Source: Saccostrea cucullata (Eukaryota). Taken from it: a stretch of 64,000 bases of DNA. The stretch lies in contig NW_026928915.1 of NCBI RefSeq assembly GCF_032062105.1, forward strand, positions 124,001-188,000. The letters run 5' to 3'. The position numbers and the translations under genes were made by a program. Under the pieces are notes generated by a model that was not told the DNA's origin, searched no databases, and saw only the letters and a program-made list of their open reading frames with translations. Every line of letters begins with the position of its first letter. The stretch's first letter is position 1. Of this stretch, positions 25,790 to 36,700 are shown in pieces.

Positions 25790-26120
25790 AATTTCGCTGT
25801 TTAGGCCATTATTTACTGAACGAACTATCTACATATAATTTCATTTTCCCCGATCAGGACAAAGGACAGACGGTTGGTTTGAGCGGTCGACAGAGGTTGT
25901 CCACTCCTTTATCCCACCTCTGATGTGTTTAGATGTCCATGTTTGCTCATCTCCTGATTTGTATTTTTATTGGAATATTGAGCATAGTTACTCCCTATCA
26001 TCTTTATATTTCATTACAAACTCCATTGTCTACAGATTTTTATGTTTGCCTGATCATGACAAAAAGTACTGTGTTACCGGTCTAGAGGGGATGTTTACTC
26101 CTCTATGTCTTCCAGTCCCA
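25790..26120 (+). mobile_element. Two degraded Penelope-like 3' tails
   Basis: cccgatcaggacaaagg...cccacctctgatg, followed by cctgatcatgacaaaaag...ggggatgtttactcctct. Confidence 0.5.
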
Positions 26121-26364
26121 TCTCTCTCTTTCTCTCTCTAACAATTAATATAACTATGTACTATCGAGATATATTCAAAACATGAATTCACTCTGTATTA
26201 TAGTGGATAAAATGATGTAGAAAAAATGAAGCTTCTATTCCAATTTATTATAACTATTTGATCATCCAAGAATAGAGTATTCATTTATAAAGCACCACAT
26301 ACATAATTCAAATTTTAAACACTTTTTATGAAACAAGATGACTGGATTTACAGTGGATGTAATG

Positions 26365-28728
26365 TTAATGAGGTAAGGAGGAATCCAGGCTGAATTGTAC
26401 TCCGTCTCCATGTATAACAGCGTCGTTTGCTGAAAATATAAGACATTTCGTGTCAGCAAGCTATATGGAAAATACTAGCATGTAAAATAAAAAGATGCTT
26501 TCGAAATCGTATATCTTTAAAATACATGTATGTTTAAAACGCTAAAAAAAAAAAGACTTGGTTCAACTTGGATCCCTCTTTTAAAAAATATAAATGAACA
26601 TAAAAGGTAAAAGCAACTTTAAAAAAAATTAACATTACAAATCCAAAAGCTGATAAAATAATACATGTATTTTATAAATTAATGATTCTTTTTATTTAAT
26701 CTGTTTATCAATAAAAAATTGGAATGGGTCAAAGGAGCACCATTTTCTTGATATTTACCCAGTCTGGGGATGTGGTCCACCACGGTTTCTCCATTGGCTG
26801 CGGTCAGGCGTACTCTAATTGGAGTGACCACTGGTTTATCAATATGGTCATTGCCGAATATCCAGAATCCGTCTGAAGTGTGACGTAAAGCTGACCATCT
26901 TTGAGACTTTAGTTGATACATCTCCACTTTGGTAGCCGGGATTCTGTCACAAGATCATATTTTTCCTTAATAAAGCTTTGGTGAAATTATGTTTCTATAT
27001 AATTTAAGTTAGGGATTGATCTTATATACGAAAGAGTTTGAAAGAAATATGTCAGCATTGTTGTAATTTTTGACTGATTATGTTTTTAGTTAATTTTGAT
27101 CAAGCTATCATTTTTCTATCTCACCTTGCATTTCGTATTTGTAATTTCAGATACCAGTTATTACTGCCTTGGAATTTGTATTCGATTTTGGTGTTTCCGA
27201 CTGGACACTGGATGGCCTGAATTTGGATCTTCCATCTTCCGTCTCCATTCTCAGCCAAGTCCAAAGAGCCTTATAGCAAAGTAAAGTACTGTTGCATAAT
27301 TTTATAAGGGTACTAGTAACTAATATTTTCAATTCAATCAATGAATTGACTATTTAAAAGGATTGAGTGGTTTTTTTTTTAAAATTAATTATCTGAGAGT
27401 AAAGAGACTTTGATTAAACACTACTCGGAATCAATGCCCATACTAATTCAGGGTTGTTATAAAATAATGTAATTAGCAATGTAATTCATGAATATAAATT
27501 TTTCTGGTTTAGTAATAAATGTCATGAATGTGGAGTTAAAAATTTTGTATCGGTACATGTAAATGTAAATCAATTGTAGTAATCCAGAGGAAGAATATCT
27601 CTGTCTCTACAGTAGCTTTCTCATTAATAAAGTGGTCAGCCAAAGATAAACTGGACACCTCTGTACCCTTTAAGATAAGAACTGACCGGCGTGACATTCC
27701 GGACAGAGGTCCTTGACGTAGACGGTAAAGGTTCCAGTTATTGGGTCATTGCCAGCTCCCTGGCCAGTTCCATGAACCTTGAAAAGATGCAATTTAATTT
27801 AAAATTTTTTTCCCCTTAAAATGTCAATCAATCCGAAAAGAATTTTTAACGTAACAAACAATAGTTAATGGAATGAAACACGTTGAAAATTCACATAAAA
27901 TAGAACAAAAAGGTAAGGCTACTTAGTCTTAACTACGGACATTTGCAAAATCTATGTTAATTGCTTGAAACAAAAAAATAATTTTTTCTCCACTATAGAA
28001 AACAACTAATGCAGCCTGTTTGGTACTCACTCTGAAACACATTCCACATGACAGAGATCCATAGAACTGGGGAGCATTCAGGGCCACCAACTTGTCTAGT
28101 TTACTGGCCACGGGGGGCATACTGGGTGGGGGGTAGCTACAGGTACCACCTGTTCCAGCCCCGTAGTAGGTACCCTAAAATAATAAAGTGGCAAAGTTGT
28201 TTAAAAACACAATTCAAAATAAATATAAACTTGTTTTCCATACCCATAAAATCATTTTTAAGAGTCAAATAAAGGTACCGAAAAGTTTTCGCAATTGTTT
28301 ATTACACGAGTCGAAATTTGCAGTTGCAGTGTACAAATTATAGACACGTGGAGCAGTGTCTTCTAGTTCCATGGAATAAAAAAAAAAATTCTGAACTTAA
28401 GAGTTAACTAAGTCTGTTGGTTGACACTAATTAACCCGATAAGAAAAAGTTTTTGCGTCTGTTTCATCCTCCGGTTTTTACAAATTGTTAACCACTAACT
28501 TTTCTTAAAATAATTAAATTTTTACCATCTCAAATCAGTTAAAATGTTAGCATTGATATTTACACAAAACTTTAAAAATACAGTGAAAACAACATTTTTT
28601 CAAATAAATAATACAATTACATAGATGATACTTACATCGCCGCTATATTTCTGGTGATACAAGTTGAGAATCCCTTGGTGTGCTCCCTCTAGTAAACCAA
28701 AGACAGAAAACAGAATCAGTAAAGTCAT
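26365..28728 (-). CDS. Expansin-like protein B (EXLX1/YoaJ-type), 240 aa, 6 exons
   Basis: Exons 28728-28636, 28174-28031, 27777-27687, 27269-27125, 26943-26759, 26429-26365; all GT-AG and in phase. MTLLILFSVFGLLEGAHQGILNLYHQKYSGDGTYYGAGTGGTCSY...VALNAPQFYGSLSCGMCFRV...VYVKDLCPECHAGSLDLAENGDGRW...QCPVG...GSNNWYLKLQIRNARIP...SDGFW...VRLTAANGETVVD...VQFSLDSSLPH*. Canonical expansin motifs. AATAAA on the minus strand near 26243-26248. Confidence 0.93.
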
Positions 28729-28810
28729 GGTCTACCAATAACCTACAGGACTTTTATCGTTCTCTACAGCCCTTAGGCAGGAATTTATCGTACCAGGTAT
28801 AAAGAGGGGC

Positions 28811-28818
28811 TATTTATA
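28811..28818 (-). promoter_or_regulatory. TATA box candidate, expansin-like B (short form)
   Basis: TATAAATA 83 nt upstream of the ATG. Confidence 0.55.
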
Positions 28819-29189
28819 TTACCACATACCATTAGAGACACCCTACGTGCCGGTGTTGACCGGATCTGTGATTCAGAAATAAGATGTATACTAAACGTCT
28901 CGTTCATCAAAATGTATCCTGGTACTTTGACTATGTTTTTTTTTTTTAACTGAACTATCATTTTTCATTCATGTTCATGTAACGCCATTTTCTATCAAAT
29001 CTGTCATATTTCTCTCAAATATGTGAAGCACCAAATTAACAAAAATTAAAATAATTGATATCTTCGCATAATAGTATATAAACCACTTAACGAGTTGAAT
29101 AAATAAAATCTCCAAATTGCAGAAGTTCTACTTATGCTTTAATTAATTTCAAACTAATGAACAGTGATTGAGCTAAAAAATATAAAAAC

Positions 29190-29540
29190 AATATAATTCT
29201 ATAAAACAAGCCTAAAATACAAGGCCTTAAGAAATTCCAGAGTTAGGGTCAGGTGTCTTGAAGGAGTGAACATCTCCTGTAGACGGTCATGCACGCCATG
29301 AAACCCTATGTGTATTGATTTGGTTGACGGAATATTCCGCATTCAGATTTAGTATAAAAACAAAGGCCTATCAATTTGAATAAATACAGGCTTGTCAAAA
29401 TACGAACAAATTACAAATTTTAATATTACTTACAAGGTCATTTTAATGACTGCAGAATTTAAGAAACGCTGAATTTGAACGAGGTTGTTGAATTTCCTGA
29501 CCTTTGCATTAACTTTTCTGTTAGTTATCTGTTTCAATTA
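29190..29540 (-). mobile_element. Penelope-like 3' fragment, degraded
   Basis: Reverse complement of the shared 3' motif (tcaggtgtcttgaaggagtgaacatctcctgtagacggtcatgcacgcc). Confidence 0.55.
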
Positions 29541-30169
29541 AAAAAAAGTTCGTTGTATAAATTGTAGAAAAGTTGTATGTTTCGATGTATTTACTTTTGG
29601 AAAATTTGGTTGATTTTTAATTAGAATAAAGGTCCTTTAGAGTTTTTGAAAAATGCCACTTCTAGAATATGCTTAGTGAACAAGTTTCTCCTTTATATAT
29701 CAGTTAATAGTTAGGTGTAAATGCAACTTTCTTATCTGTCTTTAATTCAATTTAAGATATGTGGAATTGTTTTGAAGAAAGGTGTAATATAACTGAAGAT
29801 ATATGCAAATACTTAAAATTAAAGATTAAGAAAAATTGATAAAAGATGAAATCAATTGAATTGAAGCTAGGTTAAATTGAAATGTACCTATCTTTAAATC
29901 ATTTGTAGAAATGTTTCATTATCAATTGTGCCTACCTGGTGTAAAGATATACTTTAAATTCACACCCAACTGTAATTGAATTTGGAGAAGCCAGTAAAAG
30001 CGTCCCCTATTAAAACCGTCCCAGTCAAAGCGTCCCTTGATTTTGGTCAAAACACCACTTATAGAACTTTACAGTAAAATGATGTTACAAAACCACCCCC
30101 AAATATTGGCGAGAGAGTCTCCTTATAGAATTTTACAGTAAAATGATGTTACAAAACCGCCCTCAATAC

Positions 30170-30490
30170 CAGCAGTTTCGTCATAATTTCGCAAGTTCTT
30201 TGGTCGATTCAATAACCTTGTCAGCAAATACTATTTATCAAACGTTTTTCTTACTAATTGTTTGGGCATTAAAGACACACTGAATTGTCGACGGATTTTT
30301 CCGTTAAGTCAAGATCGTGACAAGGAACACACGCCGGATGTGACCGGTTAGCAGGGGATGCTCACTCCTCCATGGTACCTGATACCACCTCTGATGTTTT
30401 GGAGGTCTGAGTTTGCTCTGCTCCAAATTTGTATTGTTTAATGGACTTTTGAGCTTGAATACTGTTCGCGATCTCCATATATTTTATTGA
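30170..30490 (+). mobile_element. Penelope-like 3' fragment
   Basis: tttcgcaagttctttggtcgat...gtgaccggttagcaggggatgctcactcctccatggtacctga...cctctgatgttttggaggtc. Confidence 0.8.
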
Positions 30491-30586
30491 AATTAATCGT
30501 AAAAACTATGCATGTAAACGTTTTATGGTTGGAGTAAATCTTAAATCATCTACGTAGGTTTTCCAAAGTAATTTTATTACACCTAC

Positions 30587-33460
30587 CTGTAAGTGCTTCA
30601 GTAGTAGGCGGTTGTGTTGGCACTGCTGTTGAGGGTCGTTTTGTTGGTGCTACAGTTAAAGGTTGTTGTGTTGGTGCTGCGGTCGAAGGTTGCTGTGTTG
30701 GTGCTGCAGTTGAAGGTTGCTGTGTTGGTGCTGCAGTTGAATGTTGCTGAGTTGTTGGTGCTGCAGTTGAGGGTTGTTGTGTTGGTGCTGCAGTTGAGGG
30801 TTGTTGTGTTGGTGCTGCAGTTGAAGGTTGTTGAGTTGTTGGTGCTGCAGTTGAGGGTTGTTGAGTTGGTGCTGCAGTCGAAGGTTGCTGTGTTGGGGCC
30901 GCTGTCGAAGGTTGCTGTGTTGGTGCTTTGGTGGTTGGTGTTGGCATTGAAGTTGAAGGTCTGGGTGTCAGAGTTTGGCCATTTCTATTAATAGTACACG
31001 TTCCAGTTGGCATAGGAAGAGTATCAAAGTCAACTTGAAACCTCAGATTTATTTCATTTTGCCTCGCAGGCCATCTGCTTTTTAACTTATACCATAGCCC
31101 GTTTGTCTGTTGATCTTCAATATCCATTGTCCAATCCTATAACAAACATAATTCTTTAAGTTAAAATCAATCTACTTTTATAAAATTTGATTTCTAGTTA
31201 CCCAGAGTTAGTGCGGATAGTATGATAGAAATTGAGATAGTCTAGTTATCAAGTAAATGAATACACTTCTGATACCGTCATGTCAGAAGTTTCTTTGTCA
31301 AATTCCAATATGATATTATAGGAGTTAAGAACTGGGTTAATCTGGAATGTACAGATTCCGGTCATTCTATAGCGATTTCCAACACTCCAATGTTGTCCCT
31401 CTACGGATATCGGTATGACGTCAGGAAATGATCTTGATATTGCTGTTGTAGATGATCGTGGTCCTGACGTTGCAGTGGGTTGTTGTGTAACTGACGTGGT
31501 ACTTGCTTGTGGTGACGCTGACGCATGCGTAGTGGGTGATTGTGTTGTTGTAGATGGTGGTGTTATGTTACTGATGCATCTTCCCTTCGGAAACCTCTTC
31601 TTGCTACCTCTGTATGTCAAAATGAATTCTGCTTTAAGCATCGTGTTGGAATATGGATATTTGCTTGATAATTCATATGCCCGTCCCTTATTTAGTATTT
31701 TGTCGATGTTCATGATCCATATCTGTTTGAAAAAAATTAAAAAGATAAGCTTTATTGACTATATATGTTAAAAATGCCATTTTTGAACATTTATTTCAGA
31801 ATTTGACGGAGTGAATCCTGTCACTGTCACAAACTTTTGTTCCGAATAGACAAGGATTGTTCAGAATGATTGGGTATTAACAGAAATGAAAACAAATTCA
31901 TCATACATCTAGCCCTATATGGCCCTTTATACAGAGAGCAGCTGAAACATCACTGTTTAGAGTAATCATTCGTCACTGGTGTAGACGGAGGATGCTGTAT
32001 CACTCATGGCGAAAAACAGACACTTTGTGCTTCAGAGTAAGATAACAAAAAATTTACAACAGTTGCGCAGGTCAGTGCAGTATACAAACAAAAATATGCG
32101 TAACTGCAATAAAATTTAATCAATTGTAATGCTAGATAACCAGCAGGAACATGGGTCGCCATTCCACGCCAATACTCGTGACAATAAAGCAGCCAAGTGT
32201 AACGGATGCGAAGAGTATACACCGGTGCTGATATTATAGATAGTAAATAGTAATATCAAAAATATGTAAAATGACGTAAGTCTATTCATATACTAGTCGT
32301 GTTCAGCTTAATTTTCTTTGTGTATGTTAGGATGCACGTAGTTTAGTAGTTTTCTAAAGAGTTCAGCTGCAAATTGATTTATAATGGTTGAGTGATGAAA
32401 AGAGGAGTATGCATATCCTGAGGCTAGCTAAAGAGCTTTACAACATATAAAGATCACATTTGTCATGGATCATTGTATGCTTATTTTTTTTTCTTTTTAA
32501 TAAGTAGAAAAGAGATGAAATTTGCGAATTGATTAAAAAATATCCTACCTGAAGATTTCTAGTAGGTTTGTTAAAGATGAGGTCTATTTTAATTTCTCCC
32601 GCGTCTCTGGATTCGTTCAGTTCGAACACGCACCATCCTTTCATTTTCCGTGCAGTCCTTGTATCTCCCCAAACATTCCCATTCTTTACGGGTACCTCGT
32701 ACATTGCACTCACACCCACCCATAAAGCCGTTAGTATTGATAAAATATACCTGGATTAGAAGGAAATTTCTCATTTGAGTTACTAAGCATGAAGAAATTT
32801 CAAATTAATAAAATGCACTTCATTGTTAGCTGGTAGTTAATTCATGATACTGGTTGGTGACTTGGTTCCTCTTGCTTGGAATTTGACAAAAGTTCGTTTA
32901 GTTTATATTCAAAAAGGAAAATCTGAGATAGGGTGGATATAGTAAATGGTGATGGGAGTTTAAAAAAAACGTAAATATTTTGAATAGGAGCTGCTATTTT
33001 ACAAATCAAAAGTTAAATTAAAGAAAAAAGGATTTTACCTAAAGGCTTATACGACAGGACAACGATAAAAACTTAACATCGAAGTCTTACGCATGAAACT
33101 GTTCCAAGTGTATAATCGTTTTCTTTAAAAAAAAAATCTCAGTTTAAAAAATTTAGTGACCTGTCTACAGTAGATTTGCTGTCTGTGACAATTTTTATAA
33201 AATGCAAGATATGTATTGCAATCGAATTTTCATGACAGTACTGTCAGAAACTTGCATGTTCCAAGCCAAAATCTGAAGTTGGCACACCTATCAATTTTAC
33301 TGATTTTTTTAATATAAAAATTAGCTATAAAAATTAGGTACACTGTATTACATACTCTTTGTTAATCAAAAATTTCAGTAAAATTGGTAGATATAGGATT
33401 CCTATGCTTAAGTTTAGAAAAAAATATGCATAAGATATTATCAAGCAAAACTTACTTCAT
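30587..33460 (-). CDS. Secreted protein N-terminal part: signal peptide, two CBM2-like beta domains and Thr/Pro-rich linkers; probably spliced onto expansin-like B
   Basis: Exons 33460-33456 (ATG AA), 32750-32549, 31722-31276, 31136-30587, in phase (2,0,0), ending in a phase-1 donor G|GTAGGT. Signal MKYILSILTALWVGVSA. Two ~100-aa repeats share P(V/I)..W..M.G.C.F.(L/I)N..I.L.F.K.T..W.M.I..G..Y.L.S..P..F..P.G.C and have a phase-0 intron at the same position. The CBM2-like label rests on motif resemblance to the N-terminal module of molluscan GH9 cellulases and is unverified. Confidence 0.8.
30590..30925 (-). repeat. Coding minisatellite, about 12 units of 27/30 bp, (T)TQQPSTAAP
   Basis: Direct read of DNA and translation. 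Confidence 0.92.
31940..32308. mobile_element. Degenerate copy of the 21382-21815 MITE family, intronic
   Basis: Right end tcgtgttcagc+TTAA and shared internal motifs (ggtgtagac; gttgc(a/g)cagg..gtgca.tata.aaac); left end eroded. Confidence 0.55.
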
Positions 33461-33554
33461 TATGTCTTTTACTAGTGTTTCTCTTCGATTCTCCTTTTCA
33501 GTTTGCTTTTTTCTCCTGTGCTTACTTTTTGATGGTCAGTTTCAAGAGAACCTC

Positions 33555-33562
33555 TATTTATA
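33555..33562 (-). promoter_or_regulatory. TATA box candidate for the CBM2-like unit
   Basis: TATAAATA 95 nt upstream of the ATG at 33460. Confidence 0.55.
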
Positions 33563-34239
33563 TCCTTTAAGAAGTTTTCTTTGGGTCATCAAAATAAGGT
33601 TATGCCGTATCTTTATTTAAATCTCAAGTCCAGTCTTTTATTTTTGTTTGGGTAAAAAGTTTCAATGCAATTCGTGCGTTAACGTTGTGATTCAAGGGTA
33701 CGGTCAGTTTGTTTGAAATGTATACATGTGTTTATTTGGATAAGTTATTAGTTGTCCTAAATTGCTGCATGAAAAATTTAATAGAAACAAAGATGGAATT
33801 GAAAAAAAAGGAATTTACAAATGAATTGGAATATTGAGCTTTCATTTATATATGAACACATGATTTGAGAGATATCCTAAGTATTATCATGTAACAAAGC
33901 ATTTATATGACGATTTCTGGATTTTGTTAATGCATGGTATACTACGCATGCAATAGCCGGGTTTTCAACATACAGGTGTATGTATTATCGTCCGCTAATT
34001 ATTTATCAATTATTTTTCATTGATCTTAAACCAAAATCACTTACACTTATGATTACAAGAGTTTATATTTTTTGAAAGAGTTTAATTTAATTTTTGATTG
34101 GTTTATTTAAAAAAAAAAACAGTGTCGGAATGCCATTGTTTTCAATAGGTTGCCATTTAAGTAAGGAGGAATTTTATTTTTGATTTAAATATTTGTCATA
34201 TTTTACCACAGAGATTAACATATAATTTATATTTGAATA

Positions 34240-34810
34240 ATCTACTAGATAAAGACGTTAATGGTAACCTAACAATAAAGCTTTAAGATAAACGGGATGA
34301 CTTCAACTTTCCATCGTCAACTCTTTCTTATATACAGCAACATTAGCCAACATAACCTTATCAACCACATATGGGTTTTTTGTCTTCCATTTGTTAAGAT
34401 ATAACGCAAGGGAATGCTCGAATATGAACAAAGTTTAAAGAAGCATGCTATTAACAAACAAGTAGATGAAAAGACTGTCTCAACCGTCTCGTTCAAAGTC
34501 AGCATATCCCAAGTTCTATGGTCGGTACAATGATCTTGTTTGCAAGAACAACCTGTCACCATCTCGAATGCTGACTGACTTATGCCATTATTAACACACT
34601 GAATTGTCTACCGATTTTTCCATTTTTCCCAAAAAGACAAAGAGCATATGACGGGTTTGAAAGGAAGACAAGGTATGCATACTCTTCCATGGCACCTGAT
34701 CCCACATCTAATGTATTTATACGTCCTTGTTTGCTCTGCTCCTGATTTATACTGTTTTTAAATGAACTTTCGAACATTATTCCTATTTGATATTCTCGCA
34801 TTTCATATCT
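34240..34810 (+). mobile_element. Penelope-like RT-thumb and 3' fragment
   Basis: Reads DVNGNLTIKL*DKRDDFNFSIVN, followed by the conserved tail. Confidence 0.8.
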
Positions 34811-35822
34811 AAGTCATTACACTCGGATACTCAGTATATTATTTGCTAATTGTTGTAACTGTCTTCACATACAGTGCACATACAATGATTTTTTTTTTAA
34901 ATACATTTTCAGCTTTATCTATTCGTTTTTCAACTAATACATGTAACCAACATCATTATCATGTATTACCAAGGTAGACCTGGTTAATTTTACTGTCATA
35001 TTAGGATTAAAAATATATATTTTAGCATGCTTTATAATAGTCTTGTTTAATCTTTTTACATCCATGTAGATGTCAGTATCAGCTGATAAATCATCCCAAT
35101 CCACAGTGTTCGTTATCTCAATATAAATCGTAATTGTCTAGATTTAATAACCAATTTCGCGTTTGAATGAATGAGAATTACATTCGCATATATATAAATA
35201 AGAAAGTGACAGCATATACCATGGTCCAGGAAACACTATCGCCTACGCTTTTTTCCATAATATTACTATCATTAATTGTGATAACATTAAGAATTGTAGG
35301 ATATTCTTTAAGTTTGTTCGATTGATTAGGTCATAATATACATTGTGATTCTATTTATAAGATAATCAGGTGATTATTGTTGGGTCAGTAAATTTGCATT
35401 GAAATCAGTATAGTATACGTCTATACGATAAAACCACAATGTTAATTGCTAAAAATGTTTAATATGAATTCCAAAATACGAATTTTATTTTGGAAAGTTT
35501 TTTTTCGGGGAAAATCCCTTTTAAAAAAAAACAGTCTCAATGGAATCTTTTGGCAAAGATGTATTAGCATGTAAAAAGTAAACATGGCGGGAAATTATGA
35601 AGTTATTGAAAAAGTCGAAAAATTACCTCTTGTCATTGACACACATGCATGAACAATGTATCAACCATTATTAACCATTTGAAGAAGTATTAACTTCTTT
35701 AAGCTCCTTGTATGAATCATGGACATATTGACTCAGAGATTTGTGAATCATTTACTTGTTTACAGCTGAACCCTTGCTAATGAATTGGTAAATATCAACA
35801 ATCGTTAAATATGTCGTAATTA

Positions 35823-36700
35823 CGACGGGTGATCAAAAAGTTCGCGAACTATCTCTATATCTAGAAAACCACAATTCAGATTAGAATAAAATTTTGTACA
35901 TACATAGCCATACACAAGTTCTATAAACAGCATTTTTTCTCCTTGTTTGTGACAATATGAAAATGACGTCACTATGTAGGTCACTTGTGACGAAAAATGG
36001 TTGTCTCAGTCGTACTCGTTCAACAAAGGACTATACAATTTATTGAATATCTTAGAAATCCCTTCACAGTAGCATATAATAATTTGTACACAGTTTATTA
36101 AGACAAAGGACTTTCTAAAAATTCAGTGAATTATTGGATTGGTCGTTTTAGTGAAGGAATGCAGATGGTTAAAAATGATACTTGTTATGTTGTCCATTGA
36201 AAGTAAGTTTGAAAGGAGATGTGTTTTTAATAAAGCAATTTGCTATCAGAGACCTCCAATTTACTTTAGATTTTAAACATATCAGATATGATAAAAAGGA
36301 GTCACCCATTCTCTATCCACCTGGAATAAACGTCTCTCCCGAGACAGAAATTTTGGGTTTTAATGGTCGCCATGCTTATTTTTGGAAAGGATATTCTTAT
36401 CCAAGAATTCTGTTACCGCGATTTGACCATTTCTGACAAATGAACAGCTTTTGCTATAAAAATTAACTTACATGGAAAGAAATACAAAACTCAGAAAAAT
36501 CTTTCAGCATTTGTGACAGAACGCTACGGAGGAAGTCACGTGACCGCCTATATCATGTGATTTGCGCATGAGCAGAACGGTGGTTGATGTACATTAAAAT
36601 CGGAGAGGACTAATTTAAAATATAATCAGTACTGAAACCAAATATTGTTTATTTTATGGAAGTTATTGAATTAGTTCGCGAACTTTTTGATCACCCCTCG
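35823..36700 (+). mobile_element. Internally deleted mariner element with a transposase HTH remnant
   Basis: 29-bp TIR CGA(C/G)GGGTGATCAAAAAGTTCGCGAACTA, TA TSD at 35821-22 and 36701-02. From ATG 35997: ...QQRTIQFIEYLRNPFTVAYNNLYTVY*DKGLSKNSVNYWIGRFSEG, resembling the mariner N-terminal HTH. Confidence 0.85.

Noticed and set aside
30614-31771. Plus-strand ORFs 30614-30991 and 31415-31771 (Val/Leu-rich)
   Set aside because: Antisense shadows of the Thr/Pro-rich coding exons.
33039-33094. Alternative first exon for the CBM2-like unit (ATG C|GTAAGA, or donor at 33038)
   Set aside because: Wrong phase or in-frame stop relative to exon 32750; ATG AA|GTAAGT at 33460 fits.
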